Origin: Eledone cirrhosa
Lineage: Eukaryota
NCBI GenBank assembly: GCA_964016885.1
Contig: OZ024741.1
Span: 293,198,001 to 293,262,000 of the forward strand
Length of the DNA stretch: 64,000 bases
Direction: 5' to 3'
Shown here: positions 13,196 through 25,496 of the stretch, one piece after another
How positions within the stretch are numbered: position 1 is the first letter of the stretch
Layout: every line of letters starts with the position of its first letter
Translations under genes and position numbers: made by a program
Notes under the pieces: generated by a model
Told to the model about the DNA's origin: nothing
The model's input: only the letters and a program-made list of their open reading frames with translations
Database searches by the model: none

Positions 13196-15259
13196 AAATG
13201 AGTTAATAATAATAAGAGGCGAGATAGAGAGAATAGAATGAAGGTCACAGCAATAAATTAATATAGAACAACTCATGTCTGTTTTGTTTTCCAGTCTTCT
13301 GTGTATAATTTACTTTATTCTGTTCTTTTATTTATTTATTAGTCCCAGTCATTTGACTGTGGCCATGCTGAAGCATCTCCTGGATCTAGTCAATTGTGTC
13401 AACCCCAGTATTTTTTCAATTCTTTCACATATTTTATCAATTACTTTTTGTCAAACCTCTAGTTGCAAGAAAAAGACAGAAACACACACACTCACACACA
13501 TATATATATTAATATATATGATAGTCTTCTACAGATTCTGTGTTGCAATTTCCACTCAGAAGGCATTGATAGAAGACACATTTCCAAGGTACAAGGCAGT
13601 TAGTGTGTGCCCCAAACTTTGTGGTTATGAAGTGAACTCTTGATGTTGCATATGTATATCTATGTATATCGTTTATACATCTCTGCACTAGGGTTTGATT
13701 AAGCCATTTACAACCCCTAAACAATGAAAAGATTGTTTTCATCATAGACTTTATAAAGAAAAAAATATCCCATATACTTTCCTGGAAAAAAAATTGTATG
13801 CGGCCCTTCTTTCCTTGACACTGTAAACATGTACTTATTTTGCTTAATGTTTAATTCAAAGCTGATTTGCACCTATGAATGCCATCCTCACCATCATATC
13901 ATCCACACTACACTACCTACTTCTCTGTCTACCAAGGGCCACAATATTGGTACATCGATGTATCCACCCACTTCTATGGTTCACATGTGAATATGTGAGG
14001 CTTCTTCAGAGTTTCTATTCTTGAAATTCTCTAAACTAATTTATTACAGCCTTTGGTCAACCTAAGTTTGTGAATGAATCATATAGAGAGAAACTGTACA
14101 AAACCCATCATATATGAATATATGTGTGTGTGTTGTATTTCTCTCTTCCACCTTTTCACATTCGACATAAAACCTTCATTACATTCCATGTAAATAAATA
14201 TCTCACTGCTCAGTGGTTACATGTGCAAATATCTGTACATTACTTACAAAACAGGTTATTTGGTATCAGGAAGATCATTTGGCCATATAATTCTGCCTCA
14301 AAAATGTCTCACTCAGCCTTTGCCGGCATTGAAATACAGACCTATAATTATGGTTTTGCTGATGATAACTCTAGTGGTGGTAATCATTTGGTGATAATGA
14401 TGATGGTGATGGGGGTGATGGTGGTTGGGGTGGTGTTGATGATCTTAAATTTTTGGCGACTCATCATTTTTCTTGTTTTTCCAGTTTTCTCTCTGTTTCT
14501 TTTTTAATTTCTTTTTTCTTTATTTTCATTAAATCATTCAATATTTATTTGGCTTTCTTATGAAATAGAATAAATTGTAAGCAAACAAATAAAATAAATT
14601 AAATTAAAGATTAAACATTTATCCTAGCAAATTGAAATTTTCTACAATTTTTTTACACAAATGAAAAATGTCAAGAAAGAAGCTATTTATGTCATTTTTG
14701 TTTTTATATTCAATATTTTGTTTGTTTATATTTTACTGCTTTACATACAATGTTTTTTGTGTATACATGATGTGGGAAGGAGGGATCTACACTGAATTGT
14801 TTTTATTGCTAGGAGGTGAATTGGCAGCATCATTAGGATATTGGAAAGAACGCTTTGTGGTACTTGTTTTGAATTTGTGTATGTGCTCTAATTTAAAATC
14901 CTGCTGATGACAGCTTTGTTTTTCATTATTTTGGGAACAACTCTTCATTTGTGTTATGGACATGACTCACTTTCTAGTGCTGGTGTCATGATAAAATCCA
15001 CTCAGCAGAATGTGGGAATGGTTTGCAAGTAAGAAGCGACTCCTTGCCTGATCAAGCACCTGGTAGAAAGTGGGAGCATAAGTAACTGAGATCCAGACCC
15101 CCAACCCATCAGAGAGGCCAGTAGCATTGCTTGAGTTCTGATTCAGTATGTGACAACTCATATAACCCTTGCTAGCAGGGAAAATGGACTTAAAATGTTA
15201 ATTATCATAATGACTGTTTTTTGTAACTCTGTTTCTTTTTATATATTTATCTCATTTTC

Positions 15260-15289
<30 letters not shown>

Positions 15290-15290
<1 letters not shown>

Positions 15291-15612
15291 ACACCCGTGG
15301 GCATGCCCACAAAGTCAGAAAACAGCACAGTTCCCATGACTTTCGGAAACATTTTTTAACACTCAGAGTTGCTGAAGCATGGAACAAACTACCTGCATCA
15401 ATTGTTAGCTGTCGAGACACTGCATCCTTTAAAATCTCCATGCTTCCCGAGATTCGGAAATACTACACCTAATGTTCCCCCTCCATACACATACACACAT
15501 GTATATCATGACTCATACACTATTCACTTCCCTGACATTTGTATATTATTCTATGTAGTATACATGCACCTTTGATGAGTTGTAGTGCTCCTGAGCACTT
15601 TACACAATCATT

Positions 15613-15653
<41 letters not shown>

Positions 15654-15663
15654 GTTATTGTTA
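15290..15663 (+). mobile_element. CR1-clade LINE 3' fragment with (TTA)n tail
   Basis: TRGHAHKVRKQ...RKHFLTLRVAEAWNKLP is the classic CR1 ORF2 C-terminus. Homologous to 25130 and 49915. Confidence 0.85.
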
Positions 15664-18600
15664 TTCCTTGAATCTCAGTCATTGATGTTGGTTAACTGGA
15701 AAGTCCGTTGGATTGAATATCAAGCCACTACCTGCAGCCTCAGATATTCAGGACGTATCGGAGGGTTCTTGCCGTTCCAAGCAAGCATGCCTTTTGAAGC
15801 GTTCCAAAAAGCGTGAAGGGGCCGATTTTCTTTAACCATCCCTGGAAACCTTTGGAGATAGTCCCCAGTGCGCCTATGACAATCGGGATCACTTTGACTT
15901 CATGGCAGTTCCAAATCCTTTTCACCTCCCACTTTAGGTCCTGGTATCGGTTAATTTTCTCCCTCTCCTTCTCTTGCACTCTCGTGTCGAACGGGCAGGC
16001 CACATCCACAATCAGGCACGATCTTTTTTCTTTGTCCACAACCACCAGGTCAGGTCTATTGTGTTCCAGTTTTTTGTCCGTCTGTATCCTAAAATCCCAC
16101 AGCACCTTCACCTGACTGTTCTCCATCACCGCCTCTGGCCTATGCTCATACCATTTCTCAGAATGTGGTAGATTGTTTACTTTGCACAGGTGCCAGTGGA
16201 TCACCCTGCCCATCACATCGTGTCTCCAGCCCTTATAGTGGGTCTGGGCTAGGTGTTTACACTCGGACACAATGTGAGCCACAGTCTCCTCTCTCTCTCC
16301 ACAGATCCTGCACAGTGGGCTAGCCTCCTCCTTGTAGATATGGTGCTTCAACCACTTCGTTTTGAGGGCCTGCTCCTGCGCAGCCATTAGCATTCCTTCT
16401 GTAGCCTTTTTGAGGTCTCCTCTTCTCAACCAGTTCCATGTCTGTGGATCTCTAAATTCAGTTTTCTCAAAGAAGGTACTATGAAGGGATTTTCCCTTAA
16501 GGCTGCTCTTCCTCCTTGATGTTATTTCCTCCTTGGGTATCCCCTGGCCTACTGTCCCCTCCTTCAGTACAGCTCTGAGCATTGGCTCCTTACTATAGGT
16601 CACGTATTTGTATAGGTTGTTTTTCTCCATCTGAACACAGTCCTCTATGCTGATAAGACCTCTTCCACCCTCAGATCTCCTTAGGTAGAGTCTATCGACA
16701 TCACTCCTCTTGTGGAACATGTTGTAGATAGTCAATAGCTTCCTAGTCTTCCTATCCATTTCTTTTTGTTCAGCAACATTCCATCTCAGAATTCCCGCAC
16801 TGTACCTAATAATAGACACAGCTCGGGAATTTACTGCGCTTATGGCATTTCTGCTGTTCAGATGTGACTTCAATACGCTCCTTACTCTCCGAATGTATTC
16901 AGTTCTTAACAATTCCTTCATTTTTTTGTTCTTTATGCCATCAGCCTCCAGAACGCCCAAATACTTGTATCCTTCCTCAGAGTCAATTTCCTTTATCATC
17001 TCACCTGTTGGTATCTGGATCCCGTTACTTCTGCTCAACCTACCCCTCCTCATCACAATGACTCCACATTTACCAATACCAAACTGCATACATATATCAC
17101 TGCTGAAAATACGGACAGTGTCAACAAGCACATCCAACTCCTTCTCACTTTTCCCGAAGAGCTTAAGATCGTCCATGAAGAGGAGGTGATTGATGGTAAG
17201 CTCTCCCCTTCCCAACTTGTATCCTGCTCTCACTTTTCGCAGCATAATGGTCAAGGGCATCAGGGCAAGGACAAACAACAGAGGGGACAGGCTATCTCCC
17301 TGGAAGATACCTCTCTTGATCTTCACGCTTCCCAAGGATACTCCAGTTGATGTCAACTCTGTCTCCCAGGACCCCATACTCCTGCCCAGCAACTGTCTGA
17401 TGTTATCTGCCACCCTGAAGATCTCCAGGCTTTTGGTGATCCAGGAATGAGGCACCATGTCAAATGCCTTTCTGTAGTCTATCCATCCCATGGCAAGATC
17501 AGTGTGTCTCCTCCTGCAATTCCCCATTACCATCTTATCAATAAGCAACTGGTCCTTTGTACCACGTGACTTCTTTCGGCATCCTTTCTGTTCGTCCGGC
17601 AACAAGTTGTTTGTGTGGAGGTGATGGTAGATTTCCTCAGACACAATGCTCGTCAACAGTTTCCACATTACGGGCAGACATGTGATAGGTCTATAGTTGG
17701 TAACATCATTACCCTTGATTCGGTCTTTCATTATCAGAACTGTGGTACCTTTTGTCAACCACTCTGGCACCTCACCCGACACCAAGCAGTCATTGAACAT
17801 GGCCGTCAGCTTCGGGTGGAGGGATGTTAAATGTTTAATCCAATACCCCTGCACACCATCTGGGCCTGATGATTTCCAGTTGGTTAGTTTTTTGGCTTGC
17901 CCCTTAAGAGTTTCAACTGTGATACTCAAATCAGTCTGTTGCTGTGCCTGCTCACCGATCTCCCTCTGTACTGTCTCAATCCACCCTGCCTGGGCATTGT
18001 GTCTAACATCCTGCTCCCATATTCCTCTCCAGAATGTTTTAGCTTGTTCCGCCCCAGGGATCAAGTCGTTGCCTCTTTCTTTCCCCTCAAGCTGTCCAAA
18101 CAGCATCTTCTGGTTGTTGTCGAACATGCGGTTCTGTTTATACTGACTGACTCTGTTCTCGTATCGCCTGATTTTGGCACTCTTTGCTACAATGCGTTGC
18201 TTCAATTCCTCTATGATAATATTTAGCTTTTTACTCCTAGTTTTGTATTTTATTTCCAGTCTATTTTTAGTGCCTATGTTTTTTAGTGTCCCATTCAGTA
18301 GTGACTCAAGCTTTCCTATGTCATTTCTCATTTCCCCGATTTGCCCACTCAGTCGCTTCTTCCACCACGGCTCTGCTCTTTCTTGTCTGTTGTTTCCTCT
18401 CGCTTTTATACCAAGTAGTTTCCTCACCGTATTTGCTGTTGCTTTGAGGATATTGTTGTACTGGTGAAGACTCCTCGCCTCAAGGTATGGGATGACTTTG
18501 TTTACCTTAGCTGTTGTTTCTTTTAACTTTTTCCTGTCTACAAATCTTAGGTTCATAGGTCTCCCACTATCATTGTTCAACTCATCTACCACTAAATTTA

Positions 18601-20187
18601 GGATGTCAACCGAATCTTGTCCTAGCCCGTCAGCATTCATCTCCTCAGTGGCCGTATCTCTGTTCCAGGTATTATTTATCTCAGTATTCAGATCATTGTC
18701 TGCTTCGGGTGGTTCCTCCGTTCTCAGGACCTCCTCACCTTCATTTCCCGCCGGCTCGCTTGTCTGGCATACTACACCCGCCATCTCCAAGCCATTCTCT
18801 CTGCTCAGTTCCTCCAGTTCCAGCTCGCTTATCCACCCATTAGTTCTTATTACCCGAGCCTGCCCGGCCAATTTTTGTTCATCTAATTTAAATAAACCAA
18901 TCTCGTTCCAGATGTTATGCATCCGTCTCCTGTAGCCCCTCTCCTTGGGGTTACTTTTCAGGTAGCATTGCATAACAGTTCTATTCAATTCTTTCGTCCA
19001 GTTGGTTCTGGCCCCTTCCCTTCTTCTTCTTCCTCCAACATCACCAGTATTTGGTTGACAGTCAGGTTCCTGCTGCTGAGCCAGGGGGCACCTGTTGGGT
19101 GAGAGTCTGTCACATGACGTTCTAGTCTCCATTTCACCGTTATTCGAACTGTTTATGTTCGATATTTAAACACTCTTATCGAGGATTGGCGAATGTATGT
19201 TTACATAGCCATCTGTGGATCCGCCATCCCACTTGGCCCTTGTGTGGCATTATCACCACGCTGTATACGGACACACATAAACAAACAAACACACGGGCAG
19301 AAAGGGCCCCAAAAATGAATAAGCATAAGTTTCATTGTAATGTAGTATTCGAATGTCTGACTTAGTTTTTGTTTTTTAAGTTTTACTTTTTCCCCCCTCT
19401 TCTCTGTCCGTCCGCCTGCTTCTCTCTTCATTCTTATTTTCTTTACGTTTTTGGGGTTTCTTTTTTTGTTTTTGTTTTTCTCTGTTTTTCTCGTTTTTTA
19501 CTGTTGTTGCTGTGCTGCTTTTGTTGTTTGTTTTTTCTTTTTTCTTTTGAGTCTATCTATATATTTTGATGCCTTCCTCTTTGTTAGTAGTAGGAATTCT
19601 ATAATGTGGAAGTGGTAGCCAGCAGAGACTGGCGGCGTTGGCGATACTGAGACAGTGGTGGTGGTGATGTCGATACCGAGGCAGTGGTGGCGGTGATGCG
19701 ACCGTATTACTGTAGTGATGGTGCTGTAGCGGTGGCAGCAGCAGTGAAGGAGTCAAGGGGTGGTGGCGGCGGTGATGGGATAGTGGTGGTAATGATGGCC
19801 GTAGTGAGCGGTGGCGGTGAAGGTGAAAATGCTGTTGTGTTTAGTGTACACAGATGATGGGGTGGGTGGTGTATCTAGTTTCTGGTGTTGGTGAGTTTAG
19901 CTGTCCTATATAGTGTAGCCAGAGGAGAGGAGGGGGGGGGTTCTTCTTCTTCCATTTATAGCCATTTTTTTTTGGATATACAGTGTACAATACAAAGTTG
20001 AATATTTGAATATTTGAGCCTTATAACAATATATTTTGGGTCCGAATTTTTTTGGGGCTCAAGCCGGGTGCTTTACGTAGCATTTGTACTAAGAGTTGTT
20101 ATTTCACAAATGATTTAAATATGTTAAAAATTCAAAATTTACGGGAGCGATTTCATGACCTCCGTCACCTCGTGCGTCTTCTTCCCT
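15664..20187 (-). mobile_element. Apparently full-length R4/Dong-clade non-LTR retrotransposon inserted in (TAA)n
   Basis: Single intact ORF, short 3' UTR, about 1 kb putative 5' UTR, and (TTA)n tracts directly on both sides (15614-15663 and 20188-20244). Confidence 0.8.
15740..19132 (-). CDS. Reverse transcriptase plus CCHC knuckle plus restriction-like endonuclease (R4/Dong type), 1130 aa
   Basis: RT motifs SGPDG, NYRPITCL, DYRKAFD, GIFQGDSLSPLLF, FMDD and YKYLG. CCHC knuckle CRICGEREETVAHIVSEC. Endonuclease motifs RHD, PDLVVVD...IVDVACP and EKINRY. Confidence 0.95.
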   Translation of the reverse strand: METRTSCDRLSPNRCPLAQQQEPDCQPNTGDVGGRRRREGARTNWTKELNRTVMQCYLKSNPKERGYRRRMHNIWNEIGLFKLDEQKLAGQARVIRTNGWISELELEELSRENGLEMAGVVCQTSEPAGNEGEEVLRTEEPPEADNDLNTEINNTWNRDTATEEMNADGLGQDSVDILNLVVDELNNDSGRPMNLRFVDRKKLKETTAKVNKVIPYLEARSLHQYNNILKATANTVRKLLGIKARGNNRQERAEPWWKKRLSGQIGEMRNDIGKLESLLNGTLKNIGTKNRLEIKYKTRSKKLNIIIEELKQRIVAKSAKIRRYENRVSQYKQNRMFDNNQKMLFGQLEGKERGNDLIPGAEQAKTFWRGIWEQDVRHNAQAGWIETVQREIGEQAQQQTDLSITVETLKGQAKKLTNWKSSGPDGVQGYWIKHLTSLHPKLTAMFNDCLVSGEVPEWLTKGTTVLIMKDRIKGNDVTNYRPITCLPVMWKLLTSIVSEEIYHHLHTNNLLPDEQKGCRKKSRGTKDQLLIDKMVMGNCRRRHTDLAMGWIDYRKAFDMVPHSWITKSLEIFRVADNIRQLLGRSMGSWETELTSTGVSLGSVKIKRGIFQGDSLSPLLFVLALMPLTIMLRKVRAGYKLGRGELTINHLLFMDDLKLFGKSEKELDVLVDTVRIFSSDICMQFGIGKCGVIVMRRGRLSRSNGIQIPTGEMIKEIDSEEGYKYLGVLEADGIKNKKMKELLRTEYIRRVRSVLKSHLNSRNAISAVNSRAVSIIRYSAGILRWNVAEQKEMDRKTRKLLTIYNMFHKRSDVDRLYLRRSEGGRGLISIEDCVQMEKNNLYKYVTYSKEPMLRAVLKEGTVGQGIPKEEITSRRKSSLKGKSLHSTFFEKTEFRDPQTWNWLRRGDLKKATEGMLMAAQEQALKTKWLKHHIYKEEASPLCRICGEREETVAHIVSECKHLAQTHYKGWRHDVMGRVIHWHLCKVNNLPHSEKWYEHRPEAVMENSQVKVLWDFRIQTDKKLEHNRPDLVVVDKEKRSCLIVDVACPFDTRVQEKEREKINRYQDLKWEVKRIWNCHEVKVIPIVIGALGTISKGFQGWLKKIGPFTLFGTLQKACLLGTARTLRYVLNI

Positions 20188-20202
20188 TTATTATTATTAT
20201 TA

Positions 20203-20290
<88 letters not shown>

Positions 20291-20300
20291 ATCTATCTAT

Positions 20301-20458
20301 CTAATATATTTTTAATTTTTTTTTTATTTTTAGGTAAGTGGACAATTTTGGTTTGTCTCTGGCTTCCAAGATGGCTTCTGTTGTTTGAAACTGTCAATGT
20401 CAGCCAGTCATTCTATTGTTGCTAAAAGCTACCAACCTTACAGTATTTCAAGGTAATG
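20301..20458 (+). promoter_or_regulatory. Candidate recursive splice site or 119-nt exon (20334-20452)
   Basis: ctaat branch-like motif, a long T tract, TAG|GTAAGT at 20333/20334, and a downstream donor AAG|GTAATG at 20452/20453. Confidence 0.4.
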
Positions 20459-20487
20459 TCTTGTGTGTATATACCTCTGTGCGTAAA

Positions 20488-20790
20488 GGCATGTGGCTTA
20501 GTGGTTAGGGCTCACGATCATAAAATCATGGTTTTGATTCCTACTAGTGTGTTTTGTCCTTTGAGCAAGACACTTTATTTCATGTTGCTCCAGTCCACAT
20601 GGCTAGAAAAAATTAGCTGTCCCTGTGATTCAAATGGCACACCTGTCATGTTGAATCTCCCTGAGAACTACACTGAAGGTACATGTGTCTGTGGAATGCT
20701 CAGTCACTTGCACCTTATTTTCCCAAGCAGGCTAGTTGATTGAACAACTAACTGAAACACTTGCCATCAGCACTGACAGAATTCCAACAC
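20488..20790 (+). mobile_element. tRNA-derived SINE (second family)
   Basis: tggcttagtggtt box A, ggttttgattcc box B-like, and a ttgagcaagacacttta body. The tail is homologous to 48735-48900. Confidence 0.7.
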
Positions 20791-22199
20791 GATTTTCTAT
20801 GTATGTTTGTTTGTGTATGTGTGTTGTTTTTTTTCTTTGTTATCTCCCTCTCCCACTTTTATATGGTTTCTCCAACAATAGACAGCAGGGAATTGAATTT
20901 AGAATACAATGCTATACAATTTTATATTTTACCTTCACTGATCATCCCAGCCCCATGGACTAAACTCAAAAATCTTTACAAATTTTGTTTCCACTTGTTG
21001 TAAATAAATAAAGGAAATAGAGAAAAAAATGTTAGAATTATGCTTAAAAGACAATAAAATAAATGAAAATAGTGAAGTGAAAATGTAGGTTCATAGAATT
21101 TGGAAATGATAACTGTAGTGAAATTGCTAAAAATATCCAATGAAAGATGTTAGGTGGGGAGTAGAGATATCATTCAGTTGAGAGAATTATGTAGAGATGC
21201 TAACACACATATATACACTTTAATTATACACTTGTTATATACTTCTAAATACTCATTCTTTTGGTGAATTGAGGTGTAATTTGAAATAATTTCATCTGTA
21301 CTATAATCAGAAGTTTGTGAAACAAATAGAATAGATTCATGTTCAGTTTGAATGTGTATTTTGTAAATTGTAGACACGTATATATGTACAGAGATCTACA
21401 CATACATACTTATATGCATTCATATATACTTATATGCATACACACATGCATACATTTATACAGGCATGCATACATACATACATGTATGTATGGATGCATA
21501 CATATATATGATAATTATTGGTTTACTTGCTATGCTAGTAAATGCGTAAGTAATAATTAGGAAAAGCCAGTGTTTTGTGTCCAGGAAATTAATCAACTAA
21601 CACACAGTTTAAAATATGGCGTATAAGTGGAACAGTAAAACTATGGAAGACTTTTCTAAAGTTAACGTTTTTGTTATTCAAATTCTAGCAATGGAGCATG
21701 ATTCTTTTTTCAGAAAGTAATTCTTTCCTTAGTGGAAGATTTCAAATAATTTAAGAAAGAAATATATAAACATACATGCACATATATCTATGTTTGTATG
21801 TTTCATTAGAACAGTCACTTGAACAAAAGTCATTTTTAAGGAAGCTGTCCTGATTTTAAACAACAACAATATTTCTGCATACAAATATCATTGATCATAG
21901 CTATTCTCTCACTCTCCATACAAATATTAAACAATTTTGCCATATACAAGAAATGGGAACATTGAAACCGAGCTAGGAGGAATAAATTATTTAAAATTTC
22001 ATTTAGTTTTCACCGTCTATTAATAGTGAATACACTTTAGTGACCCTCTACTTTTTTCTTCTTCTTCTCCCCATTAAACTGAAGCAGAATCCCTTGATGA
22101 ATATTTTAAATACTCTCTCCTATTGGTTGAAATATGGAAGAATATGTACACCATTATCATCAACATTCAATGATGCTGTATTTTGCAAGTAACTTCCTC

Positions 22200-22530
22200 T
22201 GAAACTGCATGTTGAAATTAAAGCAATTATTTGTGGAATGAAACTCTATTGCAAGTATGATTCACAGATAAAATTATTTACAGTAGGAAGTAGAGAACAT
22301 AACAATCTCCAAAATGACTGATTGAATACATCTGTTTTTTTGTTTTTTATTTTTGACACCTTCCTGTTCTCACTCTTTATCTTTCTATTGTACCTTTTAT
22401 TTCTAATTCTATCTTCTGACGAAGAACTAATGTCTGAAACGTTCAGACTCTTTTCCTATTATTTCAAGCATTAAACTACTATATTTCCCTAATGAACTGT
22501 GGTGTTTGGTTTGTTATTTTTGTTTGTGTT
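22200..22530 (+). mobile_element. Degenerate Penelope-like 3' end with a decayed minimal hammerhead (22411-22450)
   Basis: CTGACGA-AGAACTAATGTCT-GAAACGTTC. Stem I pairing is poor. Confidence 0.4.
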
Positions 22531-22545
22531 TTATATATATATATA

Positions 22546-23422
22546 TCATCATCATCATCATCATCATCACCGTTTTACGTCCGTTCTTCCACGCTAGCAT
22601 GGGTTAGACAGGTTGTCCTGTTGTGGGCAGTGTCTGGTTGGCTGACCATGCCTTGCTCATACAGGAACTGATCTGGCTTGATTTCTACAGCTGGATGCCC
22701 TTCCTAACACCAACCTCATTTACAGTGAGTGCTGGGTGCTTTTTCATGGTGCCTACACGTCCACTTTACAGTGTGGGCTGGGTGCTTTTTTGCCGTGGCA
22801 CCTCCACGACCACCTTGTGGTGGGGGATGTGGGGGCATATTGTCTATATGCTTCAGCTTGTACCCATGGGAGGTCGGGTACTCTGTATTACTGCGTGACG
22901 CCAGAAGTCACGGTCATGTGTCATTGCCTTTGAGAGGTGTAATTGGGTAAGGTCGGCTTTTATCACCTCATCCCAGGTCATCTTTGGTCTCCCCACTCCG
23001 CGGTTCCCATCAACTTCTAGTGCTCTGCACCTTTTTATGCAGCTGTCATCCTTCATACGCATCACATGTCCATACCAGCGCAACCGCCTCTCCTGTACAC
23101 AGCATTTGATTCCTCTTATGCCCAGTCTCTCTCTCAATTCATTTATGCTTTGTCGTTCACGTATATTACTGTTACACATCCATCGGAGCATGCAGGCTTC
23201 GTTTCTCTCTAATCTATGTAAGTCTTCCACCTTCAGCACCCAGGTCTCACTACCATGCAACATTGCTGTTCGGATACACGCATCATACAGTCTGCCTTTC
23301 ATTCTGAGGGAGAAGCCTTTTGCAGCTAGCAGTGGTAGTAGTTCCCTAAACTTCTTCCATTCCGTTCTTACCCTAGTTATTGTACTTTCTGAACACCCAC
23401 CTCTGCTGCTAATTCGGTCACC
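22546..23422 (-). mobile_element. RTE LINE 3' fragment with (GAT)n tail (second subfamily)
   Basis: ORF 22853-23533 contains GDRISSRGGC...MLHGSETW...RRLRWYGHV...GRPKMTW. Confidence 0.92.
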
Positions 23423-23464
23423 TATATATATATATATATACACACACTCACGTGCACACACACA

Positions 23465-23512
<48 letters not shown>

Positions 23513-23518
<6 letters not shown>

Positions 23519-24360
23519 GTTAAAGATGTACATCCATATATGTATACTGAAATACTAGTATGTATATGAATACACACACGTATACATATGTAGATGTACC
23601 AAGTTTTTTCACTGGTCACTTTACTGTGAGTGGCCAGCTATTCTGTATGTAAACACACAGACAAACCGGTTTTTAGAGTCATACTGGTTTTTGAGGAAAC
23701 ACCTTTCCTCTATTCTCCAGAAAGCCAGACAAGGAATATTGAACTAGTTTCGTTGTTGTTACAACTCATCAGCAATATTTACCTATCTTCCGGCCTCTCT
23801 AGAGAATCGTAAAAGCACATATCGTTATATGCTTTTTCTATGAAAATTAGTAGTGGGCAGACTAATTTGCATAGAGTGTGAGTAAGTACCGGTTCAACGG
23901 AGACGATAAAAACAAATAACGAAACGAAATTAAATTTCGTTTCGTTTGTAACTCACTTTTGTATGACTGACGCTTAAACAATTAAGTTAAAGATGTACAT
24001 CCATATATGTATACTGAAATACTAGTATGTATATGAATACACACACGTATACATATGTAGATGTCCTTGTCTGGCTTTCTGGAGAATAGAGGAAAGGTGT
24101 TTCCTCAAAAACCAGTATGACTCTAAAAACCGGTTTGTCTGTGTGTTTACATACAGAATAGCTGGCCACTCACAGTAAAGTGACCAGTGAAAAAACTTGG
24201 TACATCTACATATGTATACGTGTGTGTATTCATATACATACTAGTATTTCAGTATACATATATGGATGTACATCTTTAACTTAATTGTTTAAGCGTCAGT
24301 CATACAAAAGTGAGTTACAAACGAAACGAAATTTAATTTCGTTTCGTTATTTGTTTTTAT
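23513..24360. mobile_element. Retrozyme-like non-coding element: 467-bp unit, partial tandem plus inverted copy
   Basis: aattaagttaaagatg recurs at 23513 and 23980. 24065-24360 is the reverse complement of the circularly joined unit. It is flanked by (TA)n. Confidence 0.8.
23735..23779 (-). ncRNA. Minimal type I hammerhead ribozyme
   Basis: AATATTG-CTGATGA-GTTGT aaca ACAAC-GAAA-CTAG-TT^CAATATT: full core, 7-bp stem I, 5-bp stem II, palindromic stem III, GUU site. Confidence 0.88.
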
Positions 24361-24384
24361 ATATATATATATATATATATATAA

Positions 24385-24900
24385 ATGATAAACTCAGAGA
24401 TACAAAAACAATTAGTGTTATTAGATTCATGCTTTGTATGAAAGTGAGAAAAGAAGTTCAATGTATCTGTCATTAGACCTTCATCAGGAAAATACAATAA
24501 TTTAGAGATTAGAAAATAAAAAATAGAAAAGGGGGAATGTGTCTTTGTTTGTGTGTGATTTTTAATTTGTTGTGTGTATCAGCATTGGTAGAATAGGTTT
24601 TACATACTTTGAGATGGTGTCTAAGTGTGTCTGGCTGTATTAACATTGTATATGTGTTAGTTTGTCTGTGTATGTATCAAATATAAAAGAATTTATCAGT
24701 GACAGATATTTATCTGTTAATATATACAACTATACCCTGAATTAATATATAGTGGGGAGTGATTTTATTATGTAATTGTGCAAAGAAGAGAATTTTATTA
24801 AGGTTAGAATTAAATAGACAATGTGTGGTTTATGGGTCTCACAGAATTTCACTGAAGGGCTGAGGATGCATGTGAAATGTTTGAGATTATGTGAGAGAGA
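24385..24900 (-). mobile_element. Degenerate Penelope-like terminus with decayed hammerhead (about 24455-24490)
   Basis: Minus strand CTGATGA-AGGTC taat GACA-GATAC-ATTG, with GAAA mutated. Confidence 0.35.
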
Positions 24901-25129
24901 GTGTATTTATGAACATACATGATGTTATGTATGTGTGTGTGAACATGCATGATGCTATGTATGTGTGTGAACATGCATGATGCTGTGTGTGTTAACATGC
25001 TTGATACTATGTGTGAGAGAGTGGAAAATGTGGAGAAAGTTACTGTATGCAGGGAAAGAGTACCCTTAAGATTTAGATCTTTTCTTTTATTCTGTAAATT
25101 GTAAGTACATCATATACATGATATGTACT

Positions 25130-25455
25130 TGTGTATGCCTCTAACTTTTTGATTTCCATGTGTCTAACACACGTGGACATGCCCACAAAGTAAGAAAACA
25201 GCACAGTTCCCATGACTTTCGGAAACATTTTTTTGCGCTCAGAGTTGCTGAAGCATGGAACAAACTACCTGCATCAGTTGTTAGCTGTCGAGACACTGCA
25301 TCCTTTAAGGCCTCCATGCTTCCCGAGATCCGCCAACACTACATCTAACACATACACACATGTACTTCCCTGACATTTGTGTATTATTCTATGTACTATA
25401 CATACACCTTTGTTGCACCTGAGCACTTTACACAATAATTTCATTATTATTATTT
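25130..25455 (+). mobile_element. CR1 LINE 3' fragment
   Basis: ORF 25160-25348 NTRGHAHK...RVAEAWNKLP, with a (TTA) tail. Confidence 0.85.
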
Positions 25456-25496
25456 AACCCATACATAAATCATATGTATTTAGTACAAGTTACTAA

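Noticed and set aside
15813-19102. Plus-strand ORFs overlapping the R4/Dong ORF, and similar antisense ORFs over RTE copies
   Set aside because: Shadow frames of real coding sequence on the other strand, with no motifs of their own.
19200-20187. HDV-like ribozyme in the 5' UTR of the R4/Dong element (GGCCCTT/AAGGGCC helix)
   Set aside because: No L3 or P1.1 signature or matching P2 was found by eye. A covariance search is needed to exclude it fully.
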